Assembly: GCA_963776345.1 (NCBI GenBank)
Contig: CAVZMH010000022.1
Location: 416,001-480,000 of the forward strand
Reading direction: 5' to 3'
DNA: 64,000 nucleotides
From: an uncultured delta proteobacterium
GTDB lineage: Bacteria; Myxococcota; Myxococcia; Myxococcales; Myxococcaceae
Shown here: in pieces, positions 9,323 through 18,690 of the stretch
How positions within the stretch are numbered: the stretch's first letter is position 1
How the letters are laid out: each line of letters begins with the position of its first letter
Notes under the pieces: model-generated
Told to the model about the DNA's origin: nothing
The model's database searches: none
The model's input: the letters and a program-made list of their open reading frames with translations, nothing else
Translations under genes and position numbers: made by a program

Positions 9323-11026
9323 TCACTGCTCCTTGGGGGTTGAAGGGTGTGGGGGGAGGGTGATCGCGCCCTCGGCCGCCGAGGTGACCAGCGCCGCGTA
9401 CTTGGCGAACACGCCCGAGGCGTAGCGTGGGGCCGGCGGCTTCCAGGCGCGCAGACGTGCCGCGATCTCCTCGGCGGGCAGCTCCACCCGGAGGGTGCGG
9501 GCGTTCACGTCGATCGCCACCAGGTCACCCTCGCGGATCGCGGCGATGGGACCGCCGGCAGCCGCTTCCGGAGCCACGTGGCCCGCCATCAGCCCGCGGG
9601 TGGCGCCGCTGAAGCGGCCGTCGGTGATCAGCGCGACGTGCTCGCCCAGGCCCTGGCCGACCAGCGCCGCGGTGACCCCGAGCATCTCCCGCATCCCCGG
9701 CCCGCCCCGGGGGCCCTCGTAGCGGATGACCACCACGTCGCCCTTGCGGATGCTCCCGCTGCGCACCGCGGCGAAGGCGTCCTCCTCGCGCTCGAACACC
9801 CGCGCCGGCCCGCGGTGCGAGGACCGCTCGTGTCCCGTCATCTTCACCACGCACCCCTCGGGCGCGAGGTTCCCGTGCAGGATGACCAGCCCGCCCGTGG
9901 GGCTCACCGGCTCCGAGAGCGGCCGCACCACCCGCTGGCCGGGAGCCTCCCGGGCTCCGGTGGCGTGCTCCGACCAGCGCCGGCCATCGACGGCCAGCGC
10001 CTCGCCGTCGAGCTTGCCGGCCTCGAGGAGGCGCTTGACGAGCAGCGGCACTCCGCCGGCCCGGTCCATGTCCACGGCGACGTACTTCCCGGCGGGCTTG
10101 AGATCGGCCAGGAGCGGGGTGCGCCGGCTGACCCGGTCGAAGTCGTCGATCGCCAGCGGGATGCCAGCCTCGCGGGCGAGCGCCAGCAGGTGCAGCACCG
10201 CGTTCGTCGAGCCGCCGGTCGCGGCGACCGCGGCGATGGCGTTCTCGAACGAGGCGCGGGTCAGGTGCTGGAGCGGCCGCGCGCCCGCCTTCAGCAGCTC
10301 GACCGCCAGCCCACCCGCCGCCCGCGTCGCCTGGTCCTTGCGCGGGTCCTCGGCGGGGATGGTCGCGTAACCGACGGGCGAGAGCCCGAGCACCTCCATG
10401 GCCAGCGCCATGGTGTTGGCCGTGTACTGACCGCCGCAGGCGCCGGCGCCCGGGCAGGCCGAGTCCTCCAGCGCCTGGAGCTGCGCCGCCGACATCCGGC
10501 CCGCGGCATGCGCCCCGACGCCCTCGAAGACGTCCTGGATGGTGACGTCGCGACCCTCGAACCGGCCGGGGCCGATCGAGCCGCCGTAGAGGACCAGCGA
10601 GGGCAGATCGAGCCGCAGGAGCGCCATTGCCGCGCCGGGGATGGTCTTGTCGCACCCGACCAGGGCCACCATCCCGTCGAACAGGTGGCCACGGCCGACC
10701 AGCTCGATGGAGTCGGCGATCACCTCGCGGCTGACCAGCGAGGCCTTCATCCCCTCGGTGCCCATGGTGACGCCGTCGCTGATGGCGATGGTGTCGAACT
10801 CCATCGGGGTCGCGCCGGCGGCACGGATGCCCTGCTTCACCTGCTCCGCCAGGCGGCGCAGATGGTGGTTGCAGGGCATGGTCTCGGTCCAGGTGTTCGC
10901 CACGCCGATCAGCGGGCGGGCCAGGTCCTCCGAGCTGAACCCGATGGCCTTGAGCATCGCCCGCGCGGGCGCCCGGTCGGGACCCTCGGTGAGCGCGCGG
11001 CTCCGGTGGCGCGGATCGCCCGGCAT
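9323..11026 (-). CDS. ilvD: Dihydroxy-acid dehydratase
   Basis: [46 protein letters not shown]. Confidence 0.97.
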   Translation of the reverse strand: MPGDPRHRSRALTEGPDRAPARAMLKAIGFSSEDLARPLIGVANTWTETMPCNHHLRRLAEQVKQGIRAAGATPMEFDTIAISDGVTMGTEGMKASLVSREVIADSIELVGRGHLFDGMVALVGCDKTIPGAAMALLRLDLPSLVLYGGSIGPGRFEGRDVTIQDVFEGVGAHAAGRMSAAQLQALEDSACPGAGACGGQYTANTMALAMEVLGLSPVGYATIPAEDPRKDQATRAAGGLAVELLKAGARPLQHLTRASFENAIAAVAATGGSTNAVLHLLALAREAGIPLAIDDFDRVSRRTPLLADLKPAGKYVAVDMDRAGGVPLLVKRLLEAGKLDGEALAVDGRRWSEHATGAREAPGQRVVRPLSEPVSPTGGLVILHGNLAPEGCVVKMTGHERSSHRGPARVFEREEDAFAAVRSGSIRKGDVVVIRYEGPRGGPGMREMLGVTAALVGQGLGEHVALITDGRFSGATRGLMAGHVAPEAAAGGPIAAIREGDLVAIDVNARTLRVELPAEEIAARLRAWKPPAPRYASGVFAKYAALVTSAAEGAITLPPHPSTPKEQ

Positions 11027-12132
11027 CAGTGCTCCTCCCTCCGGGTCTCCGCTCTCGCCCTCGCCGGCACGGTGCGGCGGAGCGCACGGAGCACCGCGCT
11101 GCCCGCCTCCTGCGTGGTGGCGGGATGCCGGCCTGGCCCGGCGACGTCCTCGGTCAGCACGCCCTCCTCGACCGCGGCGCCCACCGCGGCCTCCAGGGCC
11201 CACGCCGCCCCGGGCAGCCCGAGCGAGTGGCGGAGCATCATCGCCGCGCTGAGGATCGCCCCGTACGGATTGGCCACCCCGCGGCCGGCCAGGGCCGGCG
11301 CCGAGCCGTGGATCGGCTCGAAGAGCCCCCGCGGCCCGTCACCCAGCGAGGCCGAGGGCAGCATGCCGATGGAGCCTCCGAGCACGGCGGCCTCGTCGGT
11401 GAGCACGTCGCCGAAGAGGTTCTCGGTCACCACCACGTCGAAGGACCGGGGCGCACGGATGAGCTGCATCGCGCAGGAGTCGACCAGCTGGTGCTCGAGC
11501 TGCACGTCGGGGAACTCGTCCTCCACCACCCGGGTGGCCACCTCGCGCCAGAGCCGGGAGGTCTCGAGCACGTTGGCCTTGTCCACCGAGGTGAGCTTCC
11601 GGCGGCGCGCCCGGGCGTAGCCGGCCGCGGCGCGCACCACCCGCTCGACCTCACCCACCGTGTAGGAGCAGACGTCCTCGGCGCGGTCGCCCTCGCGCTT
11701 CTTGCTGCCGAAGTAGATGCCGCCGGTCAGCTCGCGGACCACGAGCAGGTCGACCCCCCGGAGCAGCTCGGGCCGGAGCGGCGAGCTGGGGACGATCTGC
11801 GGATGGATGGTCACCGGGCGCAGGTTGGCGAACAGCCCCAGCTCGCGGCGCAGCGCGAGGAGCCCCTGCTCCGGCCGGACCTTCGCCTCCGGCGGCCACT
11901 GGGGTCCGCCCACCGCCCCGAGCAGAACGGCGCTCGCAGAGCGGCAGAGGGCGAGCGTCTCCTCCGGAAGCGGCGAGCCGGTCTGATCGATCGCACATCC
12001 GCCGATGAGGCCCTCGCGCAGCTCGACCCTCGCCCCGTGCAGCGCTGCCGCCTCGACCAGCGCGCGCGCGGCGAGCTCGGTCACCTCGGGGCCGATCCCA
12101 TCCCCGCCCAGCACCGCGACCAGGTGGTTCAT
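11026..12132 (-). CDS. leuB: 3-isopropylmalate dehydrogenase
   Basis: [45 protein letters not shown]. Confidence 0.97.
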   Translation of the reverse strand: MNHLVAVLGGDGIGPEVTELAARALVEAAALHGARVELREGLIGGCAIDQTGSPLPEETLALCRSASAVLLGAVGGPQWPPEAKVRPEQGLLALRRELGLFANLRPVTIHPQIVPSSPLRPELLRGVDLLVVRELTGGIYFGSKKREGDRAEDVCSYTVGEVERVVRAAAGYARARRRKLTSVDKANVLETSRLWREVATRVVEDEFPDVQLEHQLVDSCAMQLIRAPRSFDVVVTENLFGDVLTDEAAVLGGSIGMLPSASLGDGPRGLFEPIHGSAPALAGRGVANPYGAILSAAMMLRHSLGLPGAAWALEAAVGAAVEEGVLTEDVAGPGRHPATTQEAGSAVLRALRRTVPARARAETRREEH

Positions 12133-12716
12133 GCCCCCTCCTCGCGGCGGCGGGCCTGCTCGTACGCGGTGATCGCCGGGGACTGGGCCAGCAGGAAGCC
12201 CAGCTCGTCCGTCCCGTCGAGCAGGCAGCGGCGGGCGAAGGGGTCGATCGAGAATCGCGCGCGGACGCCTGGCGCGGTGACCTCCTGCGCTTCCAGATCC
12301 ACCGTCATCTCGGCGAACGGCTGCGCCAGCAGCGCCCGGTGCGCCTCCTCGTCCACCACCGCGGGGACCAGCCCGTTCTTCACAGCGTTCGACCGGAAGA
12401 TGTCGGCGATCGACGCGCTGATCACCGCCCGGAAGCCGTGGTCCACCAGCGCCCACGGCGCGTGCTCGCGTGACGAGCCGCAGCCGAAGTTGGGACCGGC
12501 GACCAGGATGCGGGCGTCCTTGGCCCGCGGGTCGTTGAGCGGAAACTCCGGCCGCGGCGCTCCCTGCGCGTCGTACCGCCAGCCGGTGAAGAGAGAGCGT
12601 CCCAGGCCATCGCGGGTGGTCACCTTCAGGAACCGCGCGGGGATGATCTGGTCGGTGTCGATGTCCGCCCGGGACAGCACCACGGCCCGGGAGGTGAGGG
12701 TGTGAAAGGGTTCCAT
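12129..12716 (-). CDS. leuD: 3-isopropylmalate dehydratase small subunit
   Basis: DIDTDQIIPARFL, NFGCGSSREHAPWAL. Confidence 0.97.
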   Translation of the reverse strand: MEPFHTLTSRAVVLSRADIDTDQIIPARFLKVTTRDGLGRSLFTGWRYDAQGAPRPEFPLNDPRAKDARILVAGPNFGCGSSREHAPWALVDHGFRAVISASIADIFRSNAVKNGLVPAVVDEEAHRALLAQPFAEMTVDLEAQEVTAPGVRARFSIDPFARRCLLDGTDELGFLLAQSPAITAYEQARRREEGA

Positions 12717-14173
12717 CAGCTCCTCCCCTCCGCCCGGGCGTCCACCAGGCCGCGGGGATCGGCCAGCGCGCCGGCGATGGCGGCGGCGGCGGCGGTGAGG
12801 GGGCTGGCCAGGAAGGTGCGCGCCCCCGGACCCTGGCGGCCCTCGAAGTTGCGGTTGGAGGTGCTCACCGCGGACTTCCCCGGTCCGACCTGGTCCCCGT
12901 TCATGCCGATGCACATCGAGCAGCCCGGCTCGCGCCACTCGGCCCCGGCCTCGAGGAACACCCGGTGGAGCCCCTCGGCCTCCGCGGCGCGCTTCACCTC
13001 GCGCGAGCCGGGCACCACCAGGGCGCGCACGCCCTCCGCCACCTTTCGCCCGCGGAGCACCGACGCGGCGGCCCGGAGGTCCGAGAGCCGGCCGTTGGTG
13101 CACGAGCCGATGAACACCACGTCGATCGGGTGCCCCTGCAGGGGCTGGCCGGGCCGGAGGCCCATGTACCGGAGCGCCGACTCCAGCGCGCGGCGGGCGG
13201 CCGGCTCGCGTTCGCGGTCCGGCTCGGGCACCCGGCCAGACACCGGCGCCGACATGCCGGGGTTGGTGCCGAAGGTGACGGTGGGCTCGAGCGCCGAGGC
13301 GTCGATGTCCACCGCCGCATCGAACCGCGCCCCGGGGTCGGTGCGCAGCGCGCGCCAGCGCGCCAGCGCGGGTTCCCAGGCCGGGCCCTTCGGCGAGCGC
13401 GGCCTCCGGTGCAGGTATTCGAAGGTGGTGTCGTCCGGGGCGATCAGGCCCGCGCGGGCGCCGGCCTCGATGGACATGTTGCAGAGGGTCATCCGCGCAT
13501 CCATGGAGAGCGCGCGGATGGCCTCACCCGAGTACTCGAGGACGTGACCCGTTCCGCCCGAGACGCCGAGACGGTGAATGATCGCCAGCACCAGGTCCTT
13601 GGCGGTGACGCAGGGCCCGAGCCGGCCGTTCACCCGCACCTCCAAGGACCTCGGCCTCCGCTGGAGCAGGCACTGCGTGGCGAGCACGTGCGCCACCTCG
13701 CTGGTGCCGATGCCGAAGGCGAACGCCCCGAACGCGCCGTGGGTGCTGGTGTGGCTGTCCCCGCAGACCACCGTGCGCCCCGGCTGGGTCAGGCCCAGCT
13801 CGGGCCCGATGACGTGGACGATGCCCTGGTGGTCCGAGCCGAGCGGATGCAGCTCGATCCCGAAGTGGCGACAGTTCCGCTCCAGGGCCTCCAGCTGGGT
13901 CCGGCACTCCGGATCGGTGATCTCCACCTCGCCAGCCGGGCCCGCGGGAGTGGTGGGCGTCGAGTGGTCCATCGTGGCCAGAGTCAGGTCTGGACGGCGC
14001 ACCCGCAGGCCGCGCTCGGCCAGCACCGCGAAGGCCTGGGGGGAGGTGACCTCGTGGACCAGGTGCAGGTCGACGAAGAGCACCGCGGGCGTCTCGGCCG
14101 TCTCGGGGCGGACCAGGTGGCCCTCCCAGATGCGGTCGAAGAGGGTCCGCGGCACTGGCTCAGACTGCGCCAC
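12716..14173 (-). CDS. leuC: 3-isopropylmalate dehydratase large subunit
   Basis: [48 protein letters not shown]. Confidence 0.97.
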   Translation of the reverse strand: MAQSEPVPRTLFDRIWEGHLVRPETAETPAVLFVDLHLVHEVTSPQAFAVLAERGLRVRRPDLTLATMDHSTPTTPAGPAGEVEITDPECRTQLEALERNCRHFGIELHPLGSDHQGIVHVIGPELGLTQPGRTVVCGDSHTSTHGAFGAFAFGIGTSEVAHVLATQCLLQRRPRSLEVRVNGRLGPCVTAKDLVLAIIHRLGVSGGTGHVLEYSGEAIRALSMDARMTLCNMSIEAGARAGLIAPDDTTFEYLHRRPRSPKGPAWEPALARWRALRTDPGARFDAAVDIDASALEPTVTFGTNPGMSAPVSGRVPEPDREREPAARRALESALRYMGLRPGQPLQGHPIDVVFIGSCTNGRLSDLRAAASVLRGRKVAEGVRALVVPGSREVKRAAEAEGLHRVFLEAGAEWREPGCSMCIGMNGDQVGPGKSAVSTSNRNFEGRQGPGARTFLASPLTAAAAAIAGALADPRGLVDARAEGRS

Positions 14174-15737
14174 AGGTGACCTCGGGGATGGCGGGGCTCC
14201 GCCGCGGCAGCCGTCCGGCGGCGATGCGGTTCACCACCTCGAGGTAGGCGAGCGCGCTGGCGACGACGATGTCGGTGTCCACCGCCCGACCGCGGAACTG
14301 CCGGCCCTCCGACTCGACGTCCACCGTGGCCTCGCCCTGAGCGTCCTCCCCGGCGCTGACGCTGGAGATCCGGAAGTCCCGGAGCCTGGCGTTCACCCCG
14401 GTGATCCGGTCGATGCACTTGAAGACCGCGTCCACCGGCCCGTCTCCGGTGGCGGCCTCCTCCACCGTGCGCCCGCCGCGCCGCTGGAGGCGTACCGCGG
14501 CGCTCGGCGGGGTCCCGGTGCCCGAGGCGGCGGTGAGGCTCACCAGCGTCCAGCTGCCCGCGGAGGTCTGGTGGAAGAGGCTCACCAGCAACGCCTCGAG
14601 GTCGCCGTCGTAGATCTCCTTCTTCTTGTCGGCGAGCTTCTTCAGCTCCTCGAACACCTGGTCGATCTGCGCCGGCTCCAGCTCGTAGCCGAGGTCGCGG
14701 AGGCGGGTGGCCAGGGCGTGCCGGCCGCTGTGCTTCCCGAGGACCAGGCTGGTGCTCTTGAAGCCCACGTCCTCCGGCCGCATGACCTCGTAGGTCAGCG
14801 GGAACTCGATCATCCCGTGCTGGTGGATGCCCGACTCGTGCGCGAAGGCGTTCTGCCCCACCACGGCCTTGTTCCGCGCGACCTGGAAGCCGGTGGCCGC
14901 GGCGACGACGCGGCTGGCGTTGCAGAGCTGCTGGGTCCGGATGCCGGTCTGCAGATGGAGGTAGTCGGCCCGGGTGCGCAGGGCCATCACCACCTCCTCC
15001 AGCGAGCAGTTCCCGGCGCGCTCGCCGATGCCGTTCACCGTGCACTCCACCTGCCGCGCCCCGGCCTGCAAGGCGGCCAGGCTGTTGGCCACCGCCAGGC
15101 CCAGGTCGTCGTGGCAGTGGACGCTGAGGACCACCTTGTCGATCCCCCGCACCGTGTGTCTCAGGAAAGCGATCAGCTCGGCGAACTGCGCGGGCACGGC
15201 GTAGCCCACGGTGTCGGGGATGTTGATGGTCGTGGCGCCGGCCTCGATGACCCGCTCCACCACCTCGGCCAGGAACTCCGGCTCGGTCCGGGCGGCGTCC
15301 TCGGCCGAGAACTCGACGTCCTCGCACCGGGACCGGGCGTACTCGACGCTGCTGGTGGCCAGCCGAAGCACGTCGTCGCGCGACATCTTCAGCTTGTGCT
15401 GCCGGTGGATGGGGCTGGTGGCCAGGAAGACGTGGACCCGGGGTCGCTTCGCCTCTGCCAGCGCCTCCACGGCCCGATCGATGTCGCCCCGGCTGGCGCG
15501 GGCCAGCGCCGCCACGGTGGGCCCCTCGAGCGCGCGGGCCACGGCCTGCACCGCCTCGAAGTCCCCCGGGGAGGCCACCGGGAACCCGGCCTCGATCACG
15601 TCGACACCCAGGTGCCCCAGCACCTTCGCCACCTGCAGCTTCTGGCCCAGGTTCATGCTCGCCCCGGGCGCCTGCTCGCCGTCGCGCAGTGTGGTGTCGA
15701 AGACGATGACCCGTTCGGTTCCGCTGCCGTTGTTCAT
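14160..15737 (-). CDS. leuA: 2-isopropylmalate synthase
   Basis: [46 protein letters not shown]-terminal regulatory domain with GDGPVDA. Confidence 0.97.
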   Translation of the reverse strand: MNNGSGTERVIVFDTTLRDGEQAPGASMNLGQKLQVAKVLGHLGVDVIEAGFPVASPGDFEAVQAVARALEGPTVAALARASRGDIDRAVEALAEAKRPRVHVFLATSPIHRQHKLKMSRDDVLRLATSSVEYARSRCEDVEFSAEDAARTEPEFLAEVVERVIEAGATTINIPDTVGYAVPAQFAELIAFLRHTVRGIDKVVLSVHCHDDLGLAVANSLAALQAGARQVECTVNGIGERAGNCSLEEVVMALRTRADYLHLQTGIRTQQLCNASRVVAAATGFQVARNKAVVGQNAFAHESGIHQHGMIEFPLTYEVMRPEDVGFKSTSLVLGKHSGRHALATRLRDLGYELEPAQIDQVFEELKKLADKKKEIYDGDLEALLVSLFHQTSAGSWTLVSLTAASGTGTPPSAAVRLQRRGGRTVEEAATGDGPVDAVFKCIDRITGVNARLRDFRISSVSAGEDAQGEATVDVESEGRQFRGRAVDTDIVVASALAYLEVVNRIAAGRLPRRSPAIPEVTCGAV

Positions 15738-15798
15738 GCTGGTGTCTCCTCGAATCGTGGTGGCGCGCTGGCGCGCGTGGTGTGTCCTGTCCCCGCCC

Positions 15799-16359
15799 TC
15801 AGGCGGCGAGCTCGCCCTCGGAAGCTCCCGCCGCGCCCCGCGTCGCGGCGCCCCGGGCCATCGCCACGGCCCCGGTGCGGACCATCTCCGCGATCCCGAA
15901 CGGCCGGAGCAGCTCGATCAGCCCGTCGAGCTTCTCGGGCGTGCCGGTGATCTCCGCGGTGAGCGACTCGGGCGCGACGTCCACCACCCGGGCACGGAAG
16001 GCCTCGCAGAGCTGGAGGATCTCCCCGCGCCGCTCGGCGCCCGCGCGCACCTTGACGAAGGCCATCTCCCGCGAGACGGCGGGCGAGTGGGTCACGTCGT
16101 GGACCTCCAGCACGTTGACCAGCTTGTAGAGGTTGGCTTCCAGCCGCTGGGCGGTGTCCTCGTCGGACTGCACTACCAGGGTGATCCGCGAGATCCCGGC
16201 CCGTTCGGTGCGGCCGACGGTGAGGGAGTCGATGTTGAAGCCGCGGCGCCGGAACAGCGACACCACCCGGTTCAGCGTCCCGGGCCGGTCCTCGACATGG
16301 ACGATGAAGGTCCGGGCGATGCGCCGCCCGGTGGGGGCGAAGGCGGAGTCATGGCTCAT
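15799..16359 (-). CDS. ilvN: Acetolactate synthase small (regulatory) subunit
   Basis: EDRPGTLNRVVSLFRRRGFNIDSLTVG ACT domain; EMVRTG. Confidence 0.95.
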   Translation of the reverse strand: MSHDSAFAPTGRRIARTFIVHVEDRPGTLNRVVSLFRRRGFNIDSLTVGRTERAGISRITLVVQSDEDTAQRLEANLYKLVNVLEVHDVTHSPAVSREMAFVKVRAGAERRGEILQLCEAFRARVVDVAPESLTAEITGTPEKLDGLIELLRPFGIAEMVRTGAVAMARGAATRGAAGASEGELAA

Positions 16360-18115
16360 GGATGCTCTCCTCGATTCGCGACGGACGGCGGATCATCGCG
16401 TGGAGGTCGGCATTGGCCGGAACCATCGGGTAGACCGCCTCCTCGCCTTCCACGCAGAACTCGATCACGGCGGTGCCCGGGGCGTTCCGCGCCGTCTCCA
16501 CCGCGGCGGGGATCTCCTCGCGGCGGGTCACGCGCAGCGCGGTCAGCCCGTGCGCCTCGACCAGCTTGACGAAGTCCGGGCTCTTCAGCGGCGTGGCCAC
16601 GTACCGGCCGCCGTAGAAGAACTCCTGCCACTGGCGGACCATGCCCAGGTAGCCGTTGTTGATCAGGGCCACGTTCACCTTGATCCCTTCCTGCGCGCAG
16701 GTGATGAGCTCGCAGGCGGTCATCTGGAATCCGCCGTCACCGGCCACCACCCAGATCTCGTCCGCCGGTCGGGCGAAGCGAGCGCCCATCGCCGCGGGCA
16801 GGGCGAAGCCCATGGTGCCCAGGCCGCCGGAGGTGATCAGCGAGCGCGGCCGCTCGTGGCGGTAGTACTGCGCCTCCCACATCTGGTGCTGGCCGACGTC
16901 GGTGACCACCAGCGCCTCGCCCCGGGTGAGGTGCCAGAGGTCGTGCAGCACGTGGGGGGCGCGGAGCCGGCCCTCGTGGGGGATGCCCTGGACGTCGCGG
17001 GACGCCGAGTCCCCGCGGAACTCGGCGATCCGCGCGCGCCACTCGCCGTGCTCTCGAGTCTTCACCGCCGGGATCAGCCGCTCGAGCGACCGGCGCACGT
17101 CGCCGATCAGCGCCACGTCGGCCTTGACGTTCTTGTTGACCTCGGCCGGGTCGATCTCCAGATGGATCTTCCTGGCGGTGACCGCGAAGTTCTTGAGGTT
17201 GCCGGTGACGCGGTCGTCGAACCGCATGCCGGCGGCGATGAGAAGGTCCGACTCCTGCACCGCCTGGTTCACCCAGGCCTCGCCGTGCATGCCCATCATC
17301 CCCAGGCTGAGCGGGTGCGAGGCGGGGAAGGCGCCGAGCCCGAGGAGGGTGGAGGCCACCGGGACCCCGGCCTTCTCGGCGAAGCGCAGGAGCTGCTCGC
17401 TCGCGTTCGCCTTGATGACCCCGTGCCCGCAGAGGATCAGCGGACGCTTGGCCCCGTCGATCAGGCCGGCCGCCCGCTCGATCTGCTCGTGGCCCAGCCG
17501 GTGCACCGGGCGCACGCCGGGGAGGCGCACCGGCTCGTCGCTCCAGCGGAAGGGAGCGGTTCCCTGCTGCGCGTCCTTGGTGATGTCCACCAGCACCGGC
17601 CCGGGACGGCCCGAGCGGGCCACCTCGAACGCCTCGCGCAGCGTGTCCGCCAGCTCCTCGGCCCGGGTGACCACGTAGTTGTGCTTGGTGATCGGCAGGG
17701 TGATGCCGGTGATGTCGATCTCCTGGAACGCGTCGCTCCCCAGCAGGGCGGAGGAGACTTGCCCGGTGATGCAGACGATGGGAGACGAGTCGAGCATCGC
17801 CGTGGCGATGCCGGTCACCAGATTGGTCGCCCCGGGTCCCGAGGTGGCGACGCAGACCCCGACCTTGCCCGAGGCGCGCGCGTAGCCGTCGGCCATGTGG
17901 GCCGCGCCTTGCTCGTGCCGGACGAGGACGTGATGGATGCGGCTCGCCGGCAGCGCGTCGTACGCCGGCATGATCGCGCCGCCGGGGTAGCCGAAGACGA
18001 CCTCGACGCCCTCGCGCGCCAGGACCTCCCAGAGGATCTGCGCGCCGGTCATCCGCGCGGGGGTGGTTGCGGGGAGGGCCCTCCGCCACTGCTCCTGTGT
18101 CTCGGCAACATCCAT
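16349..18115 (-). CDS. ilvB: Acetolactate synthase large subunit, biosynthetic type
   Basis: FGYPGGA, RHEQGA, TSGPGATN, RFDDRVTG, SGGLGTMG, GDGGFQM, GMVRQWQ. Confidence 0.96.
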   Translation of the reverse strand: MDVAETQEQWRRALPATTPARMTGAQILWEVLAREGVEVVFGYPGGAIMPAYDALPASRIHHVLVRHEQGAAHMADGYARASGKVGVCVATSGPGATNLVTGIATAMLDSSPIVCITGQVSSALLGSDAFQEIDITGITLPITKHNYVVTRAEELADTLREAFEVARSGRPGPVLVDITKDAQQGTAPFRWSDEPVRLPGVRPVHRLGHEQIERAAGLIDGAKRPLILCGHGVIKANASEQLLRFAEKAGVPVASTLLGLGAFPASHPLSLGMMGMHGEAWVNQAVQESDLLIAAGMRFDDRVTGNLKNFAVTARKIHLEIDPAEVNKNVKADVALIGDVRRSLERLIPAVKTREHGEWRARIAEFRGDSASRDVQGIPHEGRLRAPHVLHDLWHLTRGEALVVTDVGQHQMWEAQYYRHERPRSLITSGGLGTMGFALPAAMGARFARPADEIWVVAGDGGFQMTACELITCAQEGIKVNVALINNGYLGMVRQWQEFFYGGRYVATPLKSPDFVKLVEAHGLTALRVTRREEIPAAVETARNAPGTAVIEFCVEGEEAVYPMVPANADLHAMIRRPSRIEESIHEP

Positions 18116-18142
18116 CGACTGCCTCGTGATTCGCGTGCTCCG

Positions 18143-18181
18143 AAAACGAAAAAGCCCCCGCACCGGGTTGGGTGCGGGGGC
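18143..18181 (-). terminator. Intrinsic terminator of the ilv-leu attenuator
   Basis: Minus strand GCCCCCGCACC-caaccc-GGTGCGGGGGC (11-bp stem) followed by TTTTTCGTTTT, between the leader ORF and ilvB. Confidence 0.9.
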
Positions 18182-18227
18182 CAGGTCCTGACGAATCGTG
18201 CTTCGGTCAGGTCGGCGGCCCGCACCC
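18170..18227 (-). promoter_or_regulatory. Antiterminator hairpin of the ilv-leu attenuator
   Basis: GGGTGCGGG (18227-18219) can pair with CCCGCACCC (18178-18170, the terminator 5' arm) and encloses an inner helix CCTGAC-C-GAA / TTC-GTCAGG. Confidence 0.8.
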
Positions 18228-18371
18228 CGCGGAAATCAGGGGCAGCAGGACCAGGCCCAGCAGCAGGCCGACGACCGCAACGGAGGAGAGGACGGACGAG
18301 CGAGGAGCTGAGGGCAGCCGCGGCGCGAGGTCGGTCGCGCGGGCGCTGGCTGCGGTGAGCTCCGACGTCAT
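18207..18371 (-). CDS. ilv-leu operon attenuator leader peptide (54 aa)
   Basis: MTSEL...SSVLSSVAVVGLLLGLVLLPLISAGCGPPT; 14 of 20 consecutive codons are Val, Leu or Ile, just upstream of the terminator. Confidence 0.85.
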   Translation of the reverse strand: MTSELTAASARATDLAPRLPSAPRSSVLSSVAVVGLLLGLVLLPLISAGCGPPT

Positions 18372-18380
18372 GGGCCGCGA

Positions 18381-18409
18381 AGAATCGCCAACCTGAAGCA
18401 GCGTGTCAA
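18381..18409 (-). promoter_or_regulatory. sigma70-type promoter for the ilv leader
   Basis: TTGACA-17 nt-GATTCT on the minus strand with an AT-rich tract upstream (18424-18437); leader ATG 9 nt after the -10. Confidence 0.65.
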
Positions 18410-18690
18410 ATCCCCCCACGCGATAAATGAAATTGTTCGGGAAAGTTCAGGAGCAGCGGGAGGGGCCTGGGAACTCCGGGCGCGAGCGCGGGGAGCGGCC
18501 GGGCAAGCCCGTTCCAGTGCGGCTGCGGCGGAAACTTCGCGCGGGGCGTGCGACGCGCTTGCCGGAAGGCGCGCGCCGCCGATCGCCGGTTGACCGCGAG
18601 GCCTCAGGCGATCGACACCATGTCTCGCGGCGGGACGCCGGCGCGGTCCCGGACCCTTGTCCTGGATGGACGAGGGAGGCGTGGGACGAG

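Noticed and set aside
18207..18371. Leader ORF as a lipoprotein (hydrophobic run plus SAGC)
   Set aside because: Only four residues follow the Cys; the GCG codons form the antiterminator arm and the context fits attenuation.
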